Positions 42,807 to 51,893 of a stretch of 64,000 nucleotides of DNA are shown in pieces (position 1 is the stretch's first letter; each line of letters starts with the position of its first letter). Both the position numbers and the translations under genes were made by a program. Under the pieces are notes generated by a model. That model saw only the letters and a list, made by a program, of their open reading frames with translations, did no database searches and was not told where the DNA came from. The DNA comes from Candidatus Poseidoniales archaeon. GTDB lineage: Archaea > Thermoplasmatota > Poseidoniia > Poseidoniales > Poseidoniaceae. Where the stretch lies: assembly GCA_019651595.1 (NCBI GenBank), contig BOYQ01000005.1:13456-77455 (forward strand). The letters are read 5' to 3'.

Positions 42807-43730
42807 TCACAGGCCGAGCATGGACCGGTAGTCGGCCAACCGTTCTGCGAACGCCGCCTCGGTCAGTCCGGACAGTCCCGCCGTTCCGAAAGCCTGCAGG
42901 GTGAAACTGGCCATGACGGTGGCCTTCATCAGGCCCTCTCGAAGTTCATCAAGGCCAACCGCCCCCTCACCGGCGGCAAGGTGGGCTGCGAGAGCGCCGG
43001 CAAAGGTATCGCCGCAACCCGTGGGATCAACCACGTCCGAGGTTGGCACCGCCGGCAAGGCCACCAGAGCACCCTGATGAAGCGCAACAACACCGTGTTC
43101 GCCTCGTTTGACGATGAGGGTTGAGGTGTTGGTCTGCTCAGCGAGTTGATGCATTGCTCGGATGAGGTTATCGTCACCGGTGAGCATCCTTGCCTCGCCG
43201 TCGTTGATGATCACCAGATCGACCATCCCCATCACGTCCAAGAGGGCCGGTTGAGCAATGGTGATCCAGAGGTTCATGGAATCCAACATCGTCAACCGCT
43301 TCGGTGATGTTTGTCCAATCACGTTGCGCTGAATGGCAGGATGCAGGTTGGCACAGAACAGAACGCTGGGTTGAGCGAGCGTGGCTGGAACGTCCGGCTC
43401 AAAATGTTCGAACACGTTGAGGTGGGTGGCTCGGGTTTCGGCCTCGGCCATCGCACCGTGGTAGGCGCCCTCCCACCGGAACGTCTCGCCCTCGGCCACC
43501 TCCAAGCCTTCGAGGTTCAACCCCGCTGAAGCCAGCAAATCCCGGTCGGTTTGGGCAAAATCTTGCCCGACGACGCCCACCAAACCCGTGGTGGCCTCAC
43601 CGTGCATCGACTGAACGAAACGGCACGACAACCCGCCGTAGGTCGCCGACCCGCCAAGGGCTCTGTCAACCGAACCAGCCGGGGATTCAACCGAGTCGTA
43701 GGCAATGCTGCCGACGATGAGGACGCTCAC
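42807..43730 (-). CDS. PfkB family carbohydrate/nucleoside kinase
   Basis: GSIAYD, LGGSA and DPTGCGDTFAG signature; GTG start preceded by GGTGA. Confidence 0.92.
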   Translation of the reverse strand: MSVLIVGSIAYDSVESPAGSVDRALGGSATYGGLSCRFVQSMHGEATTGLVGVVGQDFAQTDRDLLASAGLNLEGLEVAEGETFRWEGAYHGAMAEAETRATHLNVFEHFEPDVPATLAQPSVLFCANLHPAIQRNVIGQTSPKRLTMLDSMNLWITIAQPALLDVMGMVDLVIINDGEARMLTGDDNLIRAMHQLAEQTNTSTLIVKRGEHGVVALHQGALVALPAVPTSDVVDPTGCGDTFAGALAAHLAAGEGAVGLDELREGLMKATVMASFTLQAFGTAGLSGLTEAAFAERLADYRSMLGL

Positions 43731-43743
43731 GGAAATCACCCGG

Positions 43744-45084
43744 TTAGCCAAGCAGTTCTTGGTGCATGTCGATGTACTGAATCGTGATGTCGCCGTTGTT
43801 GAAGTCCTCTTCATCCATGATGCGACGGTGGAGTGGAATCAGGTGTTCCACGCCCGTGATCATCGTCTCGTCCAGGGCCGTTTTCATGCGCCGAATGGCA
43901 TCCTCTCGGTCCCTGCCCCACACCAACAGCTTCGCCAGCAGGGAATCGAAACAACCGGGCATCTCGTAACCGGGATGAGCGTGTGTGTCGCAGCGTATGC
44001 CAAATCCGCTCGGGAAATGGCACTCCCAGAGGCGGCCCGGGCTGGGCACAAATTCACGGGGATCCTCGGCGTTGAGCCTGCACTGAATGGAATGGCCTCG
44101 CCACGTGATGTCTTCCTGCTTCATCGGTAGGGCTTCGCCTTGTGCGACTCGGATACCAAGTTCCACGAGGTTGTGCCCGGTGATGAGTTCGGTCACCGTG
44201 TGTTCGACCTGAACGCGAGGGTTGACTTCGAGGAAGTAAAAGTCCCCGTTGGCGTCCCGGAGGAACTCAAAGGTCGCCAAGCCCTTGTAGCCCACCGCCT
44301 CGGCGCCTTTGCACACCAAAGCACCAATTTCAGCTCGCTTTTCATCGCTCAGCCAAGGCCCCTCTTCCACCAATTTCTGATGGCGGCGTTGAATGGAGCA
44401 GAAGCGTTCACCGAAGTGAATGGCCTTCTTTCCGTCTGCCAACACTTGGAATTCGACGTGCTGCGCGCCCTGGATGTACTTCTCAACGAAGACCCGTTCA
44501 TCACCGAAGGCGGATTTTGCTCGGGACTGGCAGAGTTTGAGCGCACCTTCGAATTCATCGGCCTGATGGACGATCTGCATCCCGATGCCACCGCCACCTG
44601 CGGCCGCCTTGATGATGACAGGATAGCCGATGTCGTCAGCGAGGGCGCTGGCGACCTCGGCACTGGCAATGGGTTCGGAGGATCCTTTGGCCGTGGGCAG
44701 GCCGGCAGCCTCCATGGCCGCCCGAGCTTCGATCTTGTCGCCCAGCAGGGTGATGACGCCCGAGGCTGGACCGATGAACGTGATGCCTTCCTCCTCGAGA
44801 CGGGCGACAAAGGCAGCGTTCTCGGCCAAAAAGCCGTAGCCGGGATGGACGGCGTCGCATTCGAGTTCCTTGGCGGCTTGCACCACGGCTTCGATGTCCA
44901 AGTAGGAATCAAGCGGATTGGTTCGGTAGTTGGGGTAGGCGATGTCAGCCATTTGAACAGGGAGCGACAAACGGTCCTCGCGACCGTGAATGATGGCCGC
45001 CTCGATGCCCATGTCGCGAAGGGTGCGAAGAATACGGAGAGCGATTTCGCCCCGATTGGCAATCAGCACGCGCTTGAAGCCCAT
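43744..45084 (-). CDS. accC: Biotin carboxylase subunit of an acyl-CoA carboxylase
   Basis: LIANRGEIA, HPGYGFLAEN, GGGGIGM, CSIQRRHQK, FLEVNPRVQVEH and RLNAEDP motifs. Confidence 0.95.
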   Translation of the reverse strand: MGFKRVLIANRGEIALRILRTLRDMGIEAAIIHGREDRLSLPVQMADIAYPNYRTNPLDSYLDIEAVVQAAKELECDAVHPGYGFLAENAAFVARLEEEGITFIGPASGVITLLGDKIEARAAMEAAGLPTAKGSSEPIASAEVASALADDIGYPVIIKAAAGGGGIGMQIVHQADEFEGALKLCQSRAKSAFGDERVFVEKYIQGAQHVEFQVLADGKKAIHFGERFCSIQRRHQKLVEEGPWLSDEKRAEIGALVCKGAEAVGYKGLATFEFLRDANGDFYFLEVNPRVQVEHTVTELITGHNLVELGIRVAQGEALPMKQEDITWRGHSIQCRLNAEDPREFVPSPGRLWECHFPSGFGIRCDTHAHPGYEMPGCFDSLLAKLLVWGRDREDAIRRMKTALDETMITGVEHLIPLHRRIMDEEDFNNGDITIQYIDMHQELLG

Positions 45085-45156
45085 GAGGCCTTGTCGGCCG
45101 ACTCAATCTATGAGCAAAGCGGTCGCAAGGCGTGCCTGACGGACGGTCAGCCTTCC

Positions 45157-46405
45157 TCAGTAGACGTCTCGCAGGTAGCGCTTCTCTTCACGCATCATTG
45201 TTTTCTCGATGAAATGGGTGGCGTCGTCTCGGACATCCGCCGTGTTCCATGGCGATCTCAATGAGGGCACGGTGCACGTCTTTGGCCATGTACTGCTTGT
45301 CGCCGCAGATGTAGAAGTAAGCGCCGCGCTCGAACCACTCCCAGACCTCAGCACCGTGCTCCTTGAGCCGGTGTTGCACGTAGATCTTCTCCTCTTGGTC
45401 GCGAGACCACGCCGTGGTGAATCGCCAGAGGTGGCCTTCGTCGATCCAGCTTTCAATTTCGTCTTTGTAGTAGAACTCCGTCTTTTCGGACTGGTCGCCG
45501 AAGAACAACCAGTTCTTGCCGGCACCACCGTCGTGAACGCGCTGTTCCATGAAGGCACGGAACGGGGCGATGCCCGTGCCCGGGCCGACCATGATGATGT
45601 CCGTGTCCTTGTCCTCGGGGAGGATGAAGGACTTGGTGGGCGACATGAAGACACCGATAGGGGCACCGGAAGTGTTGATCTCATCGGCCATGAATTGAGT
45701 GCACAAGCCACCACGGGCTCGACCGTTGTATTCGAAGCGGACAATGCCAACGGTCAACTCGACAAATCCAGGGTGCGCGTCGTGCGAAGAAGCGATGGAG
45801 TAGAGGCGAGGTTTCAGTCGGTCGGCCAGTTCGAGGAATTCCTCGGGCGAATACTTGACCTCGAATTCTCGCATGATGTCGACGTAATCTCTGGTCCAGA
45901 GGTAATCTTCGATGGCCTTGGTGTCCGCCGTGATGGCCTCAACCTGCGCAGCGGGGTCGTCGGAAGGCACCGACGGGCGAAGGCTTGGAGGAATCTGCTG
46001 GTCGTCGGTGGCGGCCCACGAAGCATCGTTTCGGGTGCGAGCGACGATGCTCATGCTGATTTTCATCCCGCTTGATACGACCTTCTCGGCGAGGGATTGA
46101 ACGAATTTTTTGTTCGCCATGTGCACCTCGAAATCTTTCTTCAACGCGTCGTAGAGGGAGCGCTCGCCGTTGTGTGTGGTGACGGTAGCGTCCCGGTCCC
46201 AGCCTTGGACGTCCAAGAGTTCCTCGACGATGTGCGGAGGGTTCTCAGCGATGACGCCAAGAGCGTCGCCCACCTTGTAGTCAAGGCCCGAATCACCGAG
46301 GGCGAACACGATGTGTCGGGTCTCCTTGCGAGAGCCCTCACCGTTGAGAATGAAGTTCTCCGTAATTTGCGTAAAATAGGGATTTTTTGCGGACCAATCA
46401 CTCAT
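45157..46405 (-). CDS. FAD/NADPH oxidoreductase of CysJ/CPR type lacking the flavodoxin domain (frameshift near the 3' end)
   Basis: KETRHI, RLYSIASS, GLCT, GPGTGIAPF, KIYVQ and YICGD motifs; RYLRDVY C-terminus in an alternative frame. Confidence 0.88.
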
Positions 46406-46537
46406 CTCCTCACCTCAACCCACGGGGGTTGATTTTGGCACCAAAGGTGGCTATATCATCCTTGGTATGACCTCGCATCCTTCCTTCCATCCCAGACCAA
46501 CCGATGAGAACAAGAAGGCGCATGGATTCCGACCGTC

Positions 46538-47332
46538 ATGGCCCCTCGTATTGACATGCTCGGAACGGGGAACGCCTTCCTCCCGCACGGGCGGCACCAC
46601 TCGTTTGCCATGTTCGACGAGCGCCACATCATCGACGCCCCCCCAACGGCGCTCGCAGGTCTACGGCGCCATGGAAAAAACGTCGCAGAAATCGAAACCG
46701 TGTTCATCACGCACGTTCACGGCGACCACGTGTTTGGTTTCCCGTTCCTCCTGCTCGAACGGAAATACATCTCCGACCGGGACGGGCATCGCCCGCTCAC
46801 GGTCATCGGCACACCGTTTGTGAAACAGCGACTCACTGAATTGTGCAACCTGGCGTTTCCGGGGTCGCTTGAGAGCATGATCGAACATGTCACCTGGGTC
46901 ATGGACGACGCCGGTGAACTGGAAGACGGATGGCGATGGGAGCGGTTTGAAGTTCACCACGACGATGCAGTCGAACCCCACGGCTACCGGTTCGAGCACC
47001 CCAGCGGTGCATCCTTTGTTCACAGCGGCGACTCTGGCCCCTGCGAGACGCTGTACGAAGCCATCGGTCGGTCCAAATTTGCCATTCTGGAGATGGGGTT
47101 TCCTGATTGGGTGCCCTCCACCCATCACCACAAACCGATGGACGTCCGCGCCCTCTCGGAACAATGCTCGACCCCGCTGGGGATCACCCACACCTACATC
47201 GACGACGCCTCCCCTCATCCCACGGTCCTTGAGTCGGTGTTTCCTGAGTTTGCCGGGCACGTAACGCATCTGAGAGATCAAACGGAAATCGCATGGAACG
47301 GAACCGACTGGACGGTCGCTTTCAACGAATAA
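46538..47332 (+). CDS. Metallo-beta-lactamase-fold hydrolase (RNase Z-like)
   Basis: LGTG, THVHGDH, HSGDS and ITH motifs. Confidence 0.88.
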   Translation: MAPRIDMLGTGNAFLPHGRHHSFAMFDERHIIDAPPTALAGLRRHGKNVAEIETVFITHVHGDHVFGFPFLLLERKYISDRDGHRPLTVIGTPFVKQRLTELCNLAFPGSLESMIEHVTWVMDDAGELEDGWRWERFEVHHDDAVEPHGYRFEHPSGASFVHSGDSGPCETLYEAIGRSKFAILEMGFPDWVPSTHHHKPMDVRALSEQCSTPLGITHTYIDDASPHPTVLESVFPEFAGHVTHLRDQTEIAWNGTDWTVAFNE

Positions 47333-47375
47333 ATTCGTGGACACGAAAGTGTTCTTTTTTGTTCAAGAGGCCCTA

Positions 47376-47393
47376 ACTTTATAGGTGGAACTG
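47376..47393. promoter_or_regulatory. ORB-like element upstream of cdc6
   Basis: TTTATAGGTGGAACTG (reverse complement CAGTTCCACCTATAAA) shares the 10-mer GGTGGAACTG with the element at 54488-54497. Confidence 0.4.
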
Positions 47394-47536
47394 AGGAGTC
47401 CACTGTTCAGCAAATCAAGGCCTCCCATCGTCGTTCGTGGACAGGCATATAAGGGGGACTCGGACTCAGCCAACTCATGGCGGTGAGTCGGCAATTGACT
47501 CCCTCGACCTTGGTATAAATAGGGAGGTGATTTTGA

Positions 47537-48778
47537 ATGGAAACCAACATCTTCGACAAGTTTGTTTCCCAAAAAACCCTCTTCAAAAACAAGGAGCATC
47601 TTCGCCACAACTACCGGCCAGCACAACTTCCGCACCGGCAGGAAGAGATCGAGAAAATTTCCTACAACCTCTGGGAAGCCCTCAAGGGTCACATCCCCAG
47701 TAACATGACGCTCTACGGTGTGACCGGGGCCGGGAAAACGGCGGTCACCGACTATGTTTGCCACCACCTCAAGGCCAAAGGGCAAACGATGGGGCGGCAA
47801 GTGGAGGCCATCATGGTGAATTGCCGTCAAATCGACACGCAATACCGGGTGTTGAGCCACATTGGAAACTCCCTGCTCGAGGAATTTGAGCGCGATGAAA
47901 TTCCGTTCACGGGTTGGCCCACCGACCGCGTGTTCAACGAACTGGTTCGACGCATGGACCGGCGCGGCGGCGTGTTCGTTATCGTGCTCGACGAAATCGA
48001 TCACTTGGTTCGCAAAGCGGGGGACGACTTGCTCTACAACTTGACGAGCATGAACGCTTCACTTCAATCGGCTCGCTCGTGTGTCATTGGAATTTCCAAC
48101 GACCTCAAGTTCACCGATTTCCTTGACCCCCGCGTGCGGTCCCGACTCGGCCAGTTGGACGTCCTCTTCCGCCCCTACGACGCTGAACAACTCCAGGACA
48201 TTCTCCGCCAGCGCGCCAAAGAAGGTCTTGACCCGGACGCCATCGGACCGGGCGTCATCGAGCTTTGCGCAGCCCTTGCCGCCCAAGAACACGGTGATGC
48301 CCGCTGCGCTCTTGACCTCCTGCGAATCTCAGCAGAAAAGGCCGAGCAATCCGGTGATGTCATCGTCAACCAGAACCACGTTCGCATCGCACAGAGCCAA
48401 ATCGAATCCGACCAGATGACACCCGTCATCGCCACGCTTCCCAGCCAGCAAAAGCTCGTGCTGGCCGCCATTCTCCTGAACGAACAGCACGGCTTGCGCA
48501 ACGTCCAGACCGGGCAAGTGTACGACATCTACCGCCAGGCTTGCAAGCACATTCGGCAAAACCCGCTGACGCAGCGTCGGATCTCAGGTCTGATTTCCAA
48601 CCTCGACATGTTGGGTTTGGTCACTGCACGAACCGTCAGCAAAGGCCGGTACGGCCGGTCCAAAGAGATCAATTCCTGCATTCCTGCCAACGTTGACGTG
48701 CGAGAGATCATGGGAACCGCTGAGGAAGAGATGCGAACCGTCTTCAACGCCAACTACCACCACCAAACCTCGTTGTGA
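47537..48778 (+). CDS. cdc6: Orc1/Cdc6 replication initiator
   Basis: YGVTGAGKT, VLDEID, GISND, HGDARCALDLL and C-terminal wHTH LDMLGLV..SKGRYGR; SD GGAGGTGA. Confidence 0.97.
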   Translation: METNIFDKFVSQKTLFKNKEHLRHNYRPAQLPHRQEEIEKISYNLWEALKGHIPSNMTLYGVTGAGKTAVTDYVCHHLKAKGQTMGRQVEAIMVNCRQIDTQYRVLSHIGNSLLEEFERDEIPFTGWPTDRVFNELVRRMDRRGGVFVIVLDEIDHLVRKAGDDLLYNLTSMNASLQSARSCVIGISNDLKFTDFLDPRVRSRLGQLDVLFRPYDAEQLQDILRQRAKEGLDPDAIGPGVIELCAALAAQEHGDARCALDLLRISAEKAEQSGDVIVNQNHVRIAQSQIESDQMTPVIATLPSQQKLVLAAILLNEQHGLRNVQTGQVYDIYRQACKHIRQNPLTQRRISGLISNLDMLGLVTARTVSKGRYGRSKEINSCIPANVDVREIMGTAEEEMRTVFNANYHHQTSL

Positions 48779-48846
48779 ATCGGGCTCACGAAACGGCCCA
48801 CGCCCGGTTCGGTGTGCTTAAATGCAGTACGCAAGTCGCAAGGCCC

Positions 48847-49395
48847 ATGAGCGACGATGCTCCCGGCCAAACCAGCGTTGCAAACGCGCCCGTCTATGCG
48901 TCCGTCATGGTGTGCGTGGGCTTCTGGGGCTTGGCCTTGGCCCTCCTGAACATGTTCGGGATGATTCACCCCACCTACCACGTATCGTGGGGCGGCCTGC
49001 TCACGTTTGAGGCCACCAACGCAGCCTTCGGGGAAGCCAAGGACGGTTTCCATTTCGAACCCCTCGGTGACACCGTGTTCATGGCAGGGTGCATCGGCCT
49101 TATCGCTCTGGGCATCAACCAAATCAACCAGCGAAAACCGATCGAAGAATGGTTCTCTGGCCTCATCATCAACGACACCTGGACCGCCCTGAACGACACG
49201 AGCGTCGCTGGTGGCCAGCGAACCATGTCCGCTTGGTGCTTGCTGCTGGGCCTGGCCTTCTATCTCTACTTTGGCATCGCCCACCAGGGCTGGATCGACG
49301 TTGGCGTCTACTCCGTGACCATCGCACTGATGGCCGCCGGGGTCGCCCTGAATCACGCCAGTCGTGTTCCACCCGGCGACGAAAACATCGACTGA
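48847..49395 (+). CDS. Hypothetical 4-TM membrane protein
   Basis: Four hydrophobic helices; GWIDVGVYS motif. Confidence 0.75.
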   Translation: MSDDAPGQTSVANAPVYASVMVCVGFWGLALALLNMFGMIHPTYHVSWGGLLTFEATNAAFGEAKDGFHFEPLGDTVFMAGCIGLIALGINQINQRKPIEEWFSGLIINDTWTALNDTSVAGGQRTMSAWCLLLGLAFYLYFGIAHQGWIDVGVYSVTIALMAAGVALNHASRVPPGDENID

Positions 49396-49400
49396 TGCGG

Positions 49401-50513
49401 TTAAGCCCGCCGATGCCCGTTTCTTCCCAAAACAGCATCGAGAACGCCCAAGAACAACCCGTGCCAGAGGGCGAGGCTCCATCGAAGGATCATCCGGCGA
49501 ACGCCGAGCATGGCCACCAACTTGCTCCCGGTGGTTGAGCGCACGACCTCCCGATTGACGACGCCCAGACGTCCTCGCCACACCAGCACCTCTTGAATCA
49601 ACAACACCGCTATGCTCGCAATGAGGGCCTGGCCCTCCCATTGCTGAAGCATTGCTTTGTCGAGGGCAAGATCACCGCTGAGCAAGCCAAGGACAAACGG
49701 GACGAACAAAATGAGAACGGCCAGCCACATCGGAAGCATGCACAAAACCACGGTCGAACTTCCAAGAAAGTCAAAACCCGGTCCACCTCGTTGACGCTTC
49801 GGGTGGTGACGAACGATTCGAACGTGCGCTCGTGCATCTCGGCGTCGCTTAGCAAGAAAGTGAGATGCACCGGTTTCAGGAACGTGACGCACCAGTGCAT
49901 CCCGGGCGTAAACAATGGTCCCGCCTGCTTGGATGAGACGCTGGCTCACCTCCATGTCCTCGGCGTGGTACCACTCAGGGTCGAACCCACCAACCGCCAG
50001 AAGGGCCTCTCGGTTGAACATTGAGCAGGGACCGTTGGCCAAACTTGTCCGTCGTGGGCGGGCTCGGTATTTTGCCGCGATTTCGACGGAACGTAAGCGA
50101 CTGACCAAATCACTCGCTTGCTCGAAAACGGTCCGGCCCGTGATCGCCACCACGCGCTCCTCGGGGTCAACGGGGTGGATTTGTGCTACCATGTTGGCGA
50201 CCCAATCCGCCTCGGGCCTGACGTCAATGTCCGTGATCGCTACCCATTCGCCTCTGGCTTGTTCAACGGCCCACTGCCTTCCAGCCGACAGCCCCAACGG
50301 GGGTTGGTGGTGAACCCGGACGGGGACCCCGTTGTTTCCCTCGGGGTCGTGGTGAGCATCAAGAATGGCTTCCGCTCCGTCGGTGGACCCGTCGTTCACG
50401 ACCAAAATTTCGGTTGAGGGGTGGGTTTGTCCCTTAAGGGAGGCGAGGCAGTCATCGATCCAGTGCGCACCGTTGCGAACACAAACCGTGATGGACACCA
50501 TCGGACCGGTCAC
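49401..50513 (-). CDS. Glycosyltransferase family 2 with C-terminal TM segments
   Basis: VVNDGSTDG, TDID, GGFD and AEDME motifs. Confidence 0.9.
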   Translation of the reverse strand: MTGPMVSITVCVRNGAHWIDDCLASLKGQTHPSTEILVVNDGSTDGAEAILDAHHDPEGNNGVPVRVHHQPPLGLSAGRQWAVEQARGEWVAITDIDVRPEADWVANMVAQIHPVDPEERVVAITGRTVFEQASDLVSRLRSVEIAAKYRARPRRTSLANGPCSMFNREALLAVGGFDPEWYHAEDMEVSQRLIQAGGTIVYARDALVRHVPETGASHFLAKRRRDARAHVRIVRHHPKRQRGGPGFDFLGSSTVVLCMLPMWLAVLILFVPFVLGLLSGDLALDKAMLQQWEGQALIASIAVLLIQEVLVWRGRLGVVNREVVRSTTGSKLVAMLGVRRMILRWSLALWHGLFLGVLDAVLGRNGHRRA

Positions 50514-51533
50514 TCATTCCACCTCAAACAATTCGAGGAGGCGACGGCATCGCATCTTGGTCGCAAGGCTGCTGGGCTGAACCACCACGCCGGTACGGGG
50601 CTGACCGTACAGGACCACGGCGTGCAATGGAACGTGCAAGTGGATAAAGAGCGGGGCGAGGTCTTCTTCGCCGTCCACCACCACCACCACGGGTTGCTCG
50701 AGCGCAGCCGCCTCAGCCACGGCGAGTTGGAGGCTCGGGGTCAGGACGCCGGGTGGGTTCTCAGCGTGGAGCACGTGATGAAAGGCGGTAAGGTCCACCT
50801 GCTCTTCTTCCTCGAGGGCCTGCCGTTTGGTTTGACCGTCAACGAAGGCCATGTCGGGGACCACGTCCAAGGCAAGGAGCGTCGCCACCGTAACATCACC
50901 CACGGCGATGAGGATCAATTCCGAGGTGTTCAACTCCTCAAGGGCGGCCAGCATGGCGATGTCCGGGGCCTCTTCAGGGCCTTTGTAGAGGGTCCCCATC
51001 GGTGTCTTGAGTTCGGGCTCCGCACGAGGATGCATGCGAAGGACGGCCTGTTTCCACTCGGGCGCCATCCAGGGATGACCCTCGGGGTCGACCATTCCGT
51101 TTCGGATGCGTGTTGAACTGATGATGCCGCCCTCAACGTCCCTCAGATGAGCCACCTCGATGATGTGAAGGGGCCTCAAACCGTGCTCGGCCCGCTTGAG
51201 GTTGATGCGTTCGCATTCCGCTTTGGTTTCGGGGGTGGCCACGATGCAGTCAGCATCAGGGTGCGTGGGCGCAGGCCCGTGGATGTCGGTCAATTCGTGA
51301 ACCGAAACACGGTGAGGTGCATGCCGCTCGACCCAGTTCAGCAACTCATCGCGTCGGGTTTCAAACGACTGCATGTTCACCGATTTTTTGTCAGCCATGC
51401 CGTCACTCGTGATGTGAACTTCGACGTGCTCGGCTGATTTGACCGCTGCATCGAGCAACAAGCGATGGCCGGCGTGAAGGCGGTCAAACGTCCCGCCCAC
51501 CAAACATCGGCTGTAGCGGGGAGCGCCTCCCAT
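50514..51533 (-). CDS. coaD: Fusion of phosphopantetheine adenylyltransferase and DUF359 (GTP-dependent dephospho-CoA kinase)
   Basis: GGTFDRLHAGH and ISSTRIR (PPAT), followed by VGDVT, NPPG, VDGEEDL and YGQP.GVV (DUF359). Confidence 0.92.
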   Translation of the reverse strand: MGGAPRYSRCLVGGTFDRLHAGHRLLLDAAVKSAEHVEVHITSDGMADKKSVNMQSFETRRDELLNWVERHAPHRVSVHELTDIHGPAPTHPDADCIVATPETKAECERINLKRAEHGLRPLHIIEVAHLRDVEGGIISSTRIRNGMVDPEGHPWMAPEWKQAVLRMHPRAEPELKTPMGTLYKGPEEAPDIAMLAALEELNTSELILIAVGDVTVATLLALDVVPDMAFVDGQTKRQALEEEEQVDLTAFHHVLHAENPPGVLTPSLQLAVAEAAALEQPVVVVVDGEEDLAPLFIHLHVPLHAVVLYGQPRTGVVVQPSSLATKMRCRRLLELFEVE

Positions 51534-51595
51534 GGAAGCGGCTTCAGCGACGAGCCTTTGAGTTCATCGCCAAATCGCCGCAGAAGAAGGGCATC

Positions 51596-51887
51596 ATGGA
51601 ACTGTGCCCCGACACCTAACGGCCTTGTTCACTGTTTCCTCCGAGGCCTGACCCTCGGTGTCGGGGCGTACTGTCCGGTAAGGTGGTTGTCTTGCGTTCA
51701 TTCTTGCGTCGCACAAGGACCCATAACCCACCGATGGTTTACCGCATTTGCACCAAAAGTCACTCCCCGAAGGGTCGTCTTGGTCTTCGATTGCGGCCGT
51801 ACACGTGGTGTCAGACGTCATTGCTCGTTTCACAGTCGCTCAGCCTGATGTTGCAGGTACGGTAAGCCGGCGTCCCACCGACTCCAT
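51596..51887 (-). ncRNA. Putative structured non-coding RNA of unknown class (~292 nt)
   Basis: The 5' and 3' ends pair; perfect 11-bp stem 51606-51616/51657-51667; C(UUCG)G hairpin at 51765-51774; several nested helices with G-U pairs that favour the minus strand. Confidence 0.6.
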
Positions 51888-51893
51888 ATCAAT

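Noticed and set aside
45157-46405. Assimilatory sulfite reductase (cysJI)
   Set aside because: No flavodoxin domain and no hemoprotein subunit in the window.
51594-51833. 79-aa ORF with CKC..C as a zinc-finger protein
   Set aside because: The Cys set is incomplete, it has a GTG start without an SD, and it coincides with strong RNA structure.
51596-51887. Assignment as RNase P RNA or canonical SRP RNA
   Set aside because: GAGGAAA and CGGCTTA occur in the wrong order and cannot form P4. The SRP-like segment lacks the GNRA loop and AGCAG, and no long helix 5 is evident. Not fully excluded without cmscan.
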